Source: Wolbachia endosymbiont strain TRS of Brugia malayi
GTDB taxonomy: Bacteria; Pseudomonadota; Alphaproteobacteria; Rickettsiales; Anaplasmataceae
Reading direction: 5' to 3'
Assembly (NCBI RefSeq): GCF_000008385.1
Contig: NC_006833.1
Span: forward strand, 840,001-872,000
DNA length: 32,000 nucleotides
How positions within the stretch are numbered: the first letter of the stretch is position 1; every line of letters starts with the position of its first letter. Of the stretch, positions 1 through 17,275 are shown one piece after another. The notes below the pieces were generated by a model. The model made no database searches. It had not been told where the DNA came from and worked only from the letters and a program-made list of their open reading frames with translations. The translations under genes and the position numbers were made by a program.

Positions 1-453
1 GAATAGCAAGTAAATTGTCCTCTTCCAACCAATTAGCCCTACAATACCTGTTGACGTTGCTATTATGAATATGTAAAAAGGGCAGTTATTAATTAGTATA
101 TTTCCTATTATTCCACTGTGCATATACCTTGCAGTGATACCTAGTGAAAGTTGTGGTAACATAGCGCATATTCCTAAGTTGATTAATACTGAGTAGAGAA
201 CTTTCAGTAGCCTTTTTGATGGTCTGAAGATCAAAAAACAAATTATAGTAGTGGCTACTGTAATACTAGTTAATCCAAGAAATTGAACTAATATATCAGC
301 TAAATATGAACCTACTATTCCACCTAAATTCGTCACTTCTTTATCTGTGACTGTATTTAAGGATATATCTTTATAGCTATAGCTAAAAACTGATATATAT
401 ATATATATTAAAAGTGATAGGTATATTGCTGCTTTTAGATATTTTTTTAGCAT
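1..453 (-). CDS. ftsK: DNA translocase FtsK, N-terminal membrane domain (partial, runs off left edge)
   Basis: Not in the ORF track because it has no stop in the window. Reverse-strand reading from the ATG at 453 gives MLKKYLKAAIYLSLLIYIYISVFSYSYKDISLNTVTDKEVTNLGGIVGSYLADILVQFLGLTSITVATTIICFLIF..., which has the FtsK N-terminal pattern (D.S.NT.T...V.N.GG..G..LAD.L.Q..G). Confidence 0.85.
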   Translation of the reverse strand, partial: MLKKYLKAAIYLSLLIYIYISVFSYSYKDISLNTVTDKEVTNLGGIVGSYLADILVQFLGLTSITVATTIICFLIFRPSKRLLKVLYSVLINLGICAMLPQLSLGITARYMHSGIIGNILINNCPFYIFIIATSTGIVGLIGWKRTIYLLF

Positions 454-732
454 CTACTTAAAGTAGTAAGTCATTGTATATTTTACAAAGTGAATTGCTA
501 TTAGCAATATCATTATAGATAAATCCAACCCGTTGAGTGGTCGTATATACCTTCTGATAACTTTTAGCGGTGGATAGGTGAGCCGGTTCAAAGTGTGCAT
601 TATGTTGCTTACAACTTCGTTATACATGTTTACCACATTAAGCTTGATTAGCCAATCCAGAATAATCCAACATATTAGAATGAAGCTATAAAGATCAAGT
701 AACATGTTGAGTAAGTATATGATTGGATGCAT
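454..732 (-). CDS. YggT family membrane protein
   Basis: 92 aa ORF, hydrophobic, with YggT-like LNRLTYPPLKVIRRYIRPLNGLDLSIMILLI motif. Confidence 0.8.
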   Translation of the reverse strand: MHPIIYLLNMLLDLYSFILICWIILDWLIKLNVVNMYNEVVSNIMHTLNRLTYPPLKVIRRYIRPLNGLDLSIMILLIAIHFVKYTMTYYFK

Positions 733-947
733 GCGTATCTATTACATGAAAATTATATAAAAGATAAGTATTTAGGAGTTTTAAATCAATCCCCCTTTTC
801 AAATTCAAAATATTTTTATCCTAAGTTAAAAAATGTGCCGGGAAAGTGACTGTATAGAAATATATTTAAAACTTTGGCAGTAAGTCAAACAATCCTACCA
901 GCTTATTTTTTATTTACATATTATATTTTCAAACATCCCACAAATAA

Positions 948-1400
948 TTACCTATCATGCAGTTGGTCTATGGATATAATACTACCATTTGATGAGTTTT
1001 CAGTACATTTTTCACTTTTATATTCTTTGTCAAAATCGACATTGATTTTGTCAAATATTAAAACATCCCCTGAAATTTTATCATGAAATTCACTAATAGC
1101 AAAAAACGGCACGGTGATTTGCTCTTGTTTTCCATGAAAACTTAAACTAACACTAAATTTATCCTCAAAAACTTCCAAACCATAAAATTGATGCTGTAAT
1201 ATAATAAGCATTTGAGTAGGATATGACTTTCTTAAGTAATCTGATATGACAACATCATTAAAATACGTGAAAAATAATATTTCTAAGTTAGGAGTGAAGC
1301 TATTACCTGATATAACATCTAAAGCCTTTTTGATAACTTGAAACTTGGCAGAATTGAGTAATTTTTTGTAACCTATCTTATCCATATAAGTTTTAAACAC
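948..1400 (-). CDS. sspB: SspB-like ClpXP specificity-enhancing adaptor
   Basis: 150 aa ORF; LEILFFTYFNDVVISDYLRKSYPTQMLIILQHQF...FSVSLSFHGKQEQITVPFFAISEFHDKISGD resembles alphaproteobacterial SspB (substrate-binding sheet plus ITVPF.AI..F.D). Directly adjacent to ssrA. Confidence 0.75.
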   Translation of the reverse strand: MFKTYMDKIGYKKLLNSAKFQVIKKALDVISGNSFTPNLEILFFTYFNDVVISDYLRKSYPTQMLIILQHQFYGLEVFEDKFSVSLSFHGKQEQITVPFFAISEFHDKISGDVLIFDKINVDFDKEYKSEKCTENSSNGSIISIDQLHDR

Positions 1401-1409
1401 GTGAATTCT

Positions 1410-1690
1410 GGGGGGAACTTCTGTTACCCGGCGTTCCCTAAGCCGTGCTTATAGTAATGAAGTTATAGTGCTTAAATTAAGCAGCTACCGCAACATCACC
1501 TTCAGCAGCAAAATTATCGTTTGCGTTTAAACTATGAACTCTTAGCGGTGGTATCTAACCGAGCAAAGTTACCATCTTTACTATGCATGTCGATTCTTAT
1601 TCGCCCCCATGTAAATTAAAAACATGGTGGAGGCGCCGAGTACTGCCCTCGGGTCCAATACACCTATTACAAGGTAATTTTATTGCCATA
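1410..1690 (-). ncRNA. ssrA: tmRNA, circularly permuted two-piece type; outer ends approximate
   Basis: Reverse strand encodes the tag ANDNFAAEGDVAVAA* at 1477-1524. Coding-piece 5' end GGGGGCG (1602-1608) pairs with acceptor-piece 3' strand CGCCTCC-A-CCA (1625-1635), with a G.U at position 3. Acceptor piece also has CCGAG-GGCAGTA-CTCGG, the alphaproteobacterial-type T-arm. Acceptor piece lies 5' of coding piece, i.e. permuted. Confidence 0.93.
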
Positions 1691-2028
1691 GTGTATAAAA
1701 TACACATAGTTATTGTATAGTAATATTTAATAAATGTCAAGATATTTTACTTTAAGTTAATCAATAGCTAAAATAAAATTAAGATTTCCAGAAAAAAATT
1801 ACTTCTCCTGCTACCGATGTGATCATAATTGCAGTAGAGATATTTAGACAGCTAGAAATCTATCTTCGTCCGCAGATCTTTTTCATCTACACCTAAAGTA
1901 ACTTAGATCTACCAATAATTTGATAAATCGTTGCCCCGTTACTTGTGAGCGGAATCTATGCTAAGCCACGCCAATGTTCACACAGTCATAAACAGTATGC
2001 CCGTTTTTGTTAGCTATATTTAATTTGG

Positions 2029-10557
<8,529 letters not shown>

Positions 10558-10615
10558 TCAAATTAACTAAAAGGGGCTATATTAATATAAAATTAATATA
10601 TTAAATATAAACATC

Positions 10616-11026
<411 letters not shown>

Positions 11027-11042
11027 TTACTTGACAATAAAT

Positions 11043-11561
11043 TTATTTTTTAGAACTATAATAACCCAATACTCCCATAAGCCTAATAGAGGGTGAATTA
11101 ATAGACAACGCTAACCTGGCAGGGATATTATAAGATATTAAACGCATAATTTTAATACGCAACTCATCCAGAGAAGGCAACTTAGCTAGTTTATTAACAT
11201 CCTCCACTGTAAGCAATTGGTTTAAGTGAGCTGCGCAAATCACAGACATCTTTTCTTTATTAGAATTAGTGAAATCAACTATTAGCTTTGCAGCTTCTAC
11301 TATACCACTGGAGTATATAACAGCAACGGGACCAGAAAATCTATCTAATAAATAAGAAAATCTACCAGCTCTTTCTAAAGCTAAGCGGGCTAGAGTATTT
11401 TTAACTACTAGCATTCCACTCGCTGCAGACTTTAAGCTATCCCTAAGGATTAATGAATCGCTAGCATTTATAGATTTAAAATTTATCAGTATCAAAAAAT
11501 CATTATTTACAAACACGTTTATTATATTTTGTATAAACTCATCCTTATTCTCACGCTTCAC
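11043..11561 (-). CDS. rplJ: 50S ribosomal protein L10
   Basis: 172 aa ORF between rplA and rplL; L10-like features (LRDSLKSAASGMLVVKNTLARLAL). Confidence 0.93.
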   Translation of the reverse strand: MKRENKDEFIQNIINVFVNNDFLILINFKSINASDSLILRDSLKSAASGMLVVKNTLARLALERAGRFSYLLDRFSGPVAVIYSSGIVEAAKLIVDFTNSNKEKMSVICAAHLNQLLTVEDVNKLAKLPSLDELRIKIMRLISYNIPARLALSINSPSIRLMGVLGYYSSKK

Positions 11562-11572
11562 GGTATTACTCC

Positions 11573-12226
11573 CTAAATTATATCTTCCACTTTACTCATT
11601 TTATAAGCCTTACCCATAGTTGAATTTAAAAAAACGCTCTTAAAGTATACTCCTTTTACAGAAATGGGTTTGTTACTTTTAATTACTTTAAGAAAGGCTT
11701 TTAAATTTTTCAGCAAATCATCAACGCTAAACTTAATATTCCCTAATTTGCCGTGAATAATACCGTTTTTATCTGTCCTAAATTTTATTTGACCAGACTT
11801 GATGGTTTTAATAGCTTCTGCAACGTTGGAAGTCATGGTACCAAATTTAGGATTAGGCATTAACCCTTTAGCACCCAATATTTTTGCAATAGGAGTGATT
11901 TTTGCTATGAAATCAGGAGTAGTGATACACCAATCAACATCCAATTTTTTACCCTTTTTTATCTCTTGAACTAAATCTTCTCCCCCTACAATATTAGCAC
12001 CAGCTTTTTCAGCTTCTAGTAAATGTTTGCCTTGAGTGAAGACAGCTACTTTAATATCTTTCCCAATACCTTTAGGTAAAACTACTGTACCACGCACTTG
12101 TTCTTCAGATTTACGCGAATCTATACCTAAATTAACTGCAATGTCAATTGATTCATTAAACTTTGCTGAAGCAGACTTGATAATCTCTTCTAAACATTGC
12201 CTGGGACTGTCGCTATGTATATTCAT
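11573..12226 (-). CDS. rplA: 50S ribosomal protein L1
   Basis: 217 aa ORF; [26 protein letters not shown] and [14 protein letters not shown] are L1 signatures. Confidence 0.97.
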
Positions 12227-12230
12227 GCTT

Positions 12231-12671
12231 CTAACCTTCTATAACTTCTATACCCATAGATTTAGCAGTGCCTATAACCATTTTCACTGCTGAATCTTCA
12301 TTATCCACTTTCATGTCAACCATCTTATATCTTGCTATCTTAATTATAGCAGACATAGGCAATTTAGCTACCAATTCTTTACCAGGGTTGCTAGAACTTT
12401 TGCTCAATTTAGCTTCTTGCTTAAGCAAGTAAGCCACAGGTGGGCCACTGACAGTAAAATCGTGAGAGCGGTCATCCTTTATGGAAATCCGCACCGTTAC
12501 TAAATCACCCACTTTATAATTGGCATTAGCTGTGCTAGTCACTTTGTTGAAAGCCTCGCAGAATTTAGGAACAGGTATGCCGCGCGGACCAAGTACTGAA
12601 GCAATCTTTGGCCCAGGAACTGCCTTTCCCGCTTCCATCAGTAAATTAATCTTGGCAATTACAACACTCAT
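12231..12671 (-). CDS. rplK: 50S ribosomal protein L11
   Basis: 146 aa ORF; [34 protein letters not shown]-type L11 signature. Confidence 0.97.
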
Positions 12672-12673
12672 AA

Positions 12674-13540
12674 TTAATCCTCTATTTTCTCTACTTGAGC
12701 TAGATCAAGCTCTATTATTGTTGGCTTCCCTAGAATTGACACTTCTATATTAATAATTTTCTTTTCATCATTAATCATATCTACCTTACCAGTAAAATTC
12801 TGAAAAAGACCATCATTAATTTTTACCTTTTCACCTTTTTCATAACCATGGCTTAATTTTTTCGTTTCTTGAGCATTGTAAAGCGCATTGCACATTGAGT
12901 AAATCTCGTCATCTGAAATCACTTTTGGAACACTACCATTTTTTAAGAACCCATAGACTTTAAGAGACTTTGGTATATTATTCACAAAATTTAGTACTTC
13001 ATCACACAAATCCACATATAAAAAAACATAACCAGGAAAACACTTTCTTCGCATAGCAGCTTTTTTAGATCTTAGTTCCACTTCACTTAGTTCCTCATAT
13101 GGAATGAAAACTTCCTTAAAATAATCATTAACCCCTAATCTCATAGAATTTTCCAGTACGTGTTGACACACTTTTTCTTCATAATTGGAAGCAACCCTTA
13201 AAATATACCATTTATATTTATTGAATTCCTTGCGCTTTAAATTCACCTCTTCATCTAAAACTATTTTAAAATTACTGGAATCACCACTGTGAAATCCAAG
13301 CGTTTTGCTTAAAATATCTCTACTCTCATCACATAGATACATACATACATACACTTCACATACTTCTTTTATATCAGACTTCGAGTTACATACTGTCTGA
13401 TAAGGAATAAATACCTCCTTAAAATAGACAGCATTGCTTACTAATTCAAGTATATTCCTCTCGTGCCCATAATTAACTTTAATGATGTACCATTTATGTT
13501 CATATGCCATAGACAATTCCAAATAAAGTCTTAATCGCAT
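12674..13540 (-). CDS. nusG: Transcription termination/antitermination protein NusG, with an extra N-terminal NGN-like segment
   Basis: 288 aa ORF. C-terminal part is normal NusG (KWYILRVASNYEEKV..., RKCFPGYVFLYVDL, KGEKVKINDGLFQNFTGKV). Synteny is secE-nusG-rplK. The start may be the second Met at codon 11 (13510). Confidence 0.93.
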   Translation of the reverse strand: MRLRLYLELSMAYEHKWYIIKVNYGHERNILELVSNAVYFKEVFIPYQTVCNSKSDIKEVCEVYVCMYLCDESRDILSKTLGFHSGDSSNFKIVLDEEVNLKRKEFNKYKWYILRVASNYEEKVCQHVLENSMRLGVNDYFKEVFIPYEELSEVELRSKKAAMRRKCFPGYVFLYVDLCDEVLNFVNNIPKSLKVYGFLKNGSVPKVISDDEIYSMCNALYNAQETKKLSHGYEKGEKVKINDGLFQNFTGKVDMINDEKKIINIEVSILGKPTIIELDLAQVEKIED

Positions 13541-13709
13541 AAAGAGACATAAAATCTACAAAGCAAAAGAAAACCGAAAAGCATAATATAACAATTGCTA
13601 CAACAAATAGAGATGACAACACTTCTTGCTTCCTCACCCAAGCAATTCTTCGTATTTCCTGCTTTATGTTACAAAAAAAGACACTCAAATTTTTTAACAT
13701 TTCTACCAC
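13500..13709 (-). CDS. secE: Preprotein translocase subunit SecE
   Basis: 69 aa ORF; FFCNIKQEIRRIAWVRKQEVLSS plus a single TM segment; upstream of nusG. Confidence 0.93.
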   Translation of the reverse strand: MVEMLKNLSVFFCNIKQEIRRIAWVRKQEVLSSLFVVAIVILCFSVFFCFVDFMSLYAIKTLFGIVYGI

Positions 13710-13719
13710 AATATTAATG

Positions 13720-13792
13720 CAGGAGTGATAGGAATTGAACCTACAACCTCTGGTTTTGGAGACCAGCGCTCTACCAATTGAGCTACACTCCT
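13720..13792 (-). tRNA. tRNA-Trp (anticodon CCA)
   Basis: Reverse complement AGGAGTGTAGCTCAATTGGTAGAGCGCTGGTCTCCAAAACCAGAGGTTGTAGGTTCAATTCCTATCACTCCTG folds as a cloverleaf; anticodon loop CTCCAAA. Confidence 0.97.
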
Positions 13793-13807
13793 ATGACTCA
13801 AACTCTT

Positions 13808-14980
13808 TTACTCCAAAATTTCAGAAACAACACCAGAACCAACAGTTCTACCTCCTTCTCTTATTGCAAAGCGCAATCCCTTATCCATCGCTATCGGTAC
13901 TTGCAATTCTACCTCTATACTTACATTATCTCCAGGCATTACCATCTCTTTCCCTTCTAGCAATTTTATACTTCCCGTCACATCTGTCGTCCTTAAATAA
14001 AATTGTGGCTGATAATTCGCAAAAAATGGTGTATGCCTTCCTCCCTCTTCTTTCTTTAATATGTAAACTTCTGCCTTGAACTTCCTGTGCGGCGTTATTG
14101 TTCCTGGTTTTGCTAATACTTGTCCCCTCTCTACTTCTTCCCTCTTCGTCCCTCTTAGCAATATCCCCACATTTAACCCTGCACTTCCTTTTTCTAGCAA
14201 TTTCTTAAACATTTCCACACCAGTGCATGTTGTCTTCTGTGTAGCTTTCAGACCTATTATCTCTATCTCATCACCTATCTTTATCTCCCCTTTTTCTATT
14301 CTTCCTGTTACTACCGTTCCACGTCCCGATATCGAAAATACATCTTCAATCGGCAATAGGAACGGTAAATCTACAGATCTTGGTGGCACTTCTACATAGT
14401 CATCCAACCTCTCCATCAATTTGTCTATTGACTTCTTCCCATATTCACCGTCATCATCCTCCAGCGCTTTCAATGCAGATCCAATTACCACTGGAACTTC
14501 ATCACCTGGAAACCCATATTTACTCAGCAATTCTCTCACTTCCATTTCTACCAAACCTATCATATCAGGATCGGATACATCAGCTTTATTTATATATACT
14601 ACAATATACCCAACACCAACTTGCTTCGCGAGTAATATGTGCTCTCTCGTCTGCGGCATAGGTCCATCAACTCCCGATACTACCAATATCGCCGCATCCA
14701 TCTGCGCTGCACCTACTATCATGTTCTTCACATAGTCAGCGTGCCCAGGACAATCAACATGTGCATAATGTCTCTTCTCCGTTTGATATTCAACATGTGC
14801 TGTTGCAATCGTTATTCCTCTTTTCCTCTCTTCTGGTGCCTTATCTATTTGATCATACGCTACAAAATTTCCATAATGCTTTGTTATTGCTGCTGTCAAT
14901 GTTGTCTTCCCATGGTCCACATGTCCTATCGTTCCTACATTGACATGCGGCTTCCCAAATGCTTCCACTACTTGTACCAT
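13808..14980 (-). CDS. tuf: Translation elongation factor Tu
   Basis: 390 aa ORF with [18 protein letters not shown] and NKAD-type motifs. Confidence 0.99.
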   Translation of the reverse strand: MVQVVEAFGKPHVNVGTIGHVDHGKTTLTAAITKHYGNFVAYDQIDKAPEERKRGITIATAHVEYQTEKRHYAHVDCPGHADYVKNMIVGAAQMDAAILVVSGVDGPMPQTREHILLAKQVGVGYIVVYINKADVSDPDMIGLVEMEVRELLSKYGFPGDEVPVVIGSALKALEDDDGEYGKKSIDKLMERLDDYVEVPPRSVDLPFLLPIEDVFSISGRGTVVTGRIEKGEIKIGDEIEIIGLKATQKTTCTGVEMFKKLLEKGSAGLNVGILLRGTKREEVERGQVLAKPGTITPHRKFKAEVYILKKEEGGRHTPFFANYQPQFYLRTTDVTGSIKLLEGKEMVMPGDNVSIEVELQVPIAMDKGLRFAIREGGRTVGSGVVSEILE

Positions 14981-15058
14981 AATTAAAACTTTTCTACCTA
15001 AAATACAAATACATCAATAAATAATATATTGATTTTATAAAAATACAAAAAAAAAAAG

Positions 15059-15130
15059 AGCGGATAGTGGGGTTCGAACCCACTCCACTAGCTTGGAAGG
15101 CTAGAGCTCTACCAATTAAGCTATACCCGC
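15059..15130 (-). tRNA. tRNA-Gly (anticodon TCC)
   Basis: Reverse complement GCGGGTATAGCTTAATTGGTAGAGCTCTAGCCTTCCAAGCTAGTGGAGTGGGTTCGAACCCCACTATCCGCT; loop CTTCCAA. Confidence 0.97.
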
Positions 15131-15134
15131 ACAA

Positions 15135-15216
15135 TGGAGGAGGTAGGATTCGAACCTACGTACGCAACGCGGACAGATTTACAGTCTGTTACCTTTAACC
15201 ACTCGGTCACTCCTCC
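15135..15216 (-). tRNA. tRNA-Tyr (anticodon GTA)
   Basis: Reverse complement GGAGGAGTGACCGAGTGGTTAAAGGTAACAGACTGTAAATCTGTCCGCGTTGCGTACGTAGGTTCGAATCCTACCTCCTCCA; long variable arm, loop CTGTAAA. Confidence 0.97.
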
Positions 15217-15330
15217 AAAAGAATTTGTTAAGAGAGCACTATTCCAGTATTCTAACTTAAGCTTTTATTGCACTTAATATTAAATACCTAAAACCAAAAA
15301 ATCAAGCAATAAAACCTTGCCTGATTACAA

Positions 15331-16482
15331 TCACGCAGATTTCACTTTATATAACGCAATATTGTCAATAAAACGCCTAAATAAGTAATGTGAATCGTGC
15401 GTACCTGGCGCTTCCTCTGGATGGTACTGTACAGAAAAAACTGGGTAATCCTTTGCCATTATTCCCTCTATACTATTATCGAACATAGAAATATGAGTAA
15501 CCTCAACGTTATTTGGTAGAGATGATGGATCAAAAACAAAGCCATGATTTTGGCTAGTGATCTCAACTTTATCGCTACTTACGTTATAAACCGGATGATT
15601 ACTTCCTCGGTGACCAACGTTCATCTTGATAGTTTTTGCCCCCAAAGTAATCGCTAGTAATTGATGACCCATGCATATGCCAAGAATTGGTATTTTAGAT
15701 TTTACAATAACATCTATCTCTGGAGTCACACTCTTTCCTATTTCTTGCGGATCGCCTGGACCATTCGAGAGCACTATACCATCTGGACACATACTTAATA
15801 TTTTCTGAGCAAAACCTCTATCTGGCTTAATTAACTCAATTGCACAATCAAGTTCTATTAAGCGTGAAACTATACTAGCCTTTATACCAAAATCAACCAC
15901 CGCAACTTTATATTTTGCATTAAGGTCACTTTTAAAATTGTTATTTAAACTGACCCTATCGGTTATTTCTATTCCATTTACAGGTTTATGTTTCTTTAAT
16001 TCATCTAATAGACCTTTTATCACCAAAATAGCTTGATCATCATAGGTACAAGTGTTACAAACCGTGGTGACATTAGAGTGGATTAATGGGCATATTATTC
16101 CGTTTTGAGGTCCATGTTTTCTCAAATGCCTAGTCAAGGCTCTAGTGTCAACTCCTGATATTCCAACCAAGTTACTTTTTTCTAACCAATCGCTTAAACT
16201 CACATATGAAGAAGGATGAGACGCAGGAGAAAGTTCGCGCATAATTACACCACTTGCAAAAATTTTCTTTCCTTCATTATCTTTATCGTTTATTCCAACA
16301 TTGCCAACATGAGGAAAAGTAAACATTATGATTTGATCAGCAAAAGAAGGATCAGTTATAGTATGCTGATAACCAGTAATACCAGTAGTAAAACAGATCT
16401 CACCTATGCATTTGCCTTTCTTACCTATCGACTTTCCCAAAAAGCACTTGCCATCTTGTAAAACTAGAACTGTGTCTTGCAC
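15331..16482 (-). CDS. carA: Carbamoyl-phosphate synthase small subunit
   Basis: 383 aa ORF; GVDTRALTRHLRKHG, SNGPGDP, PILGICMGHQLLA, NHGFVFD and VQYHPEEAPGTHDS (class I glutamine amidotransferase). Confidence 0.98.
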   Translation of the reverse strand: MQDTVLVLQDGKCFLGKSIGKKGKCIGEICFTTGITGYQHTITDPSFADQIIMFTFPHVGNVGINDKDNEGKKIFASGVIMRELSPASHPSSYVSLSDWLEKSNLVGISGVDTRALTRHLRKHGPQNGIICPLIHSNVTTVCNTCTYDDQAILVIKGLLDELKKHKPVNGIEITDRVSLNNNFKSDLNAKYKVAVVDFGIKASIVSRLIELDCAIELIKPDRGFAQKILSMCPDGIVLSNGPGDPQEIGKSVTPEIDVIVKSKIPILGICMGHQLLAITLGAKTIKMNVGHRGSNHPVYNVSSDKVEITSQNHGFVFDPSSLPNNVEVTHISMFDNSIEGIMAKDYPVFSVQYHPEEAPGTHDSHYLFRRFIDNIALYKVKSA

Positions 16483-16684
16483 TCAATTCTCTCTAACTGA
16501 TTTAAAACAATATATAGGAATTTCAAATAATATATAATTCTTTCTAAAATTTTAAACTTAGCCATATAAATTATATAGAGAATAACAGAAAAAAAATTTT
16601 ATACACCCTTTTAAATATATCATTGACTGCTTTCACATTTCGTATTAAACATAAATAAATTATCAAGTAAAGTGGAGGGTTACA

Positions 16685-17191
16685 ATGTTTGTTAATGGAG
16701 GACAACTTAAAAAAATAAATCAGAAGTGGCTAATTATAGGAACTGGCTTGCTATTGTTTATGATGATGTTACCCTCAATTATTCTTCTAGCAAAAATGAC
16801 TATAGGGCTAGTCATGGTCTTAGTTGTAGCAATAGCGATAAAAATTGCCTCAAAAACAATATCGAATGTTTTAGAGGATAAACAGGCAGATCCAAACCAA
16901 CTAACATCACAAACAACACAAAGCAGGATTATAAACCTAGCCGTTGGATTAGTATCTATATTTACAGGTGGGCTATCACTGCTTATCATAGCAAAAACTG
17001 GTATAGCTGTAATATGTGCAGCTGTAGTTACTTTAGCCATATATGAGTATGCTAAGGATTATAAGTATGCTGAAGATAAAGAAATAGGTAAAAGCATAAA
17101 CGACAAACTCGATGAAATAGCTAAAAATACAACTAATTTTATTGTTAGTGGCATCGAAAAACTTGTTTCACCACAAGAACAACAGGTATAG
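16685..17191 (+). CDS. Hypothetical membrane protein
   Basis: 168 aa ORF with an ATG, two or more hydrophobic segments (WLIIGTGLLLFMMMLPSIILLAKMTIGLVMVLVVAIAI; IINLAVGLVSIFTGGLSLLIIAKTGIAVICAAVVTLAI) and a charged C-terminal tail. Only intact + strand gene between rpoBC and tkt. Confidence 0.7.
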   Translation: MFVNGGQLKKINQKWLIIGTGLLLFMMMLPSIILLAKMTIGLVMVLVVAIAIKIASKTISNVLEDKQADPNQLTSQTTQSRIINLAVGLVSIFTGGLSLLIIAKTGIAVICAAVVTLAIYEYAKDYKYAEDKEIGKSINDKLDEIAKNTTNFIVSGIEKLVSPQEQQV

Positions 17192-17275
17192 CTTATCTTT
17201 ATGTTTATTTTGTGTATGTTAATTAAGTAGGCTGCATTGTCTGCTTGTGTTTTTTTACCACAGCTATGCAAGGCT

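Noticed and set aside
874-1086. 70 aa plus-strand ORF overlapping sspB-like gene
   Set aside because: Antisense to the better-supported sspB-like ORF, with no recognisable domain.
1700-2028. Possible promoter, small RNA or remnant between ssrA and rpoBC
   Set aside because: Contains AGATCT motifs and minor repeats but no reading frame, cloverleaf or clear stem with a U-run that I can defend.
13735-14986. Five plus-strand ORFs (13735..14079, 14076..14399, 14380..14661, 14421..14735, 14639..14986) opposite tuf
   Set aside because: They are antisense shadows of the highly conserved EF-Tu gene, low in complexity and with no recognisable domain.
16216-17040. ORFs 16216..16461 (+) over carA and 16720..17040 (-) over the orphan membrane gene
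   Set aside because: The first is antisense to conserved carA. The second mirrors the hydrophobic codons of the better-supported plus-strand ORF.
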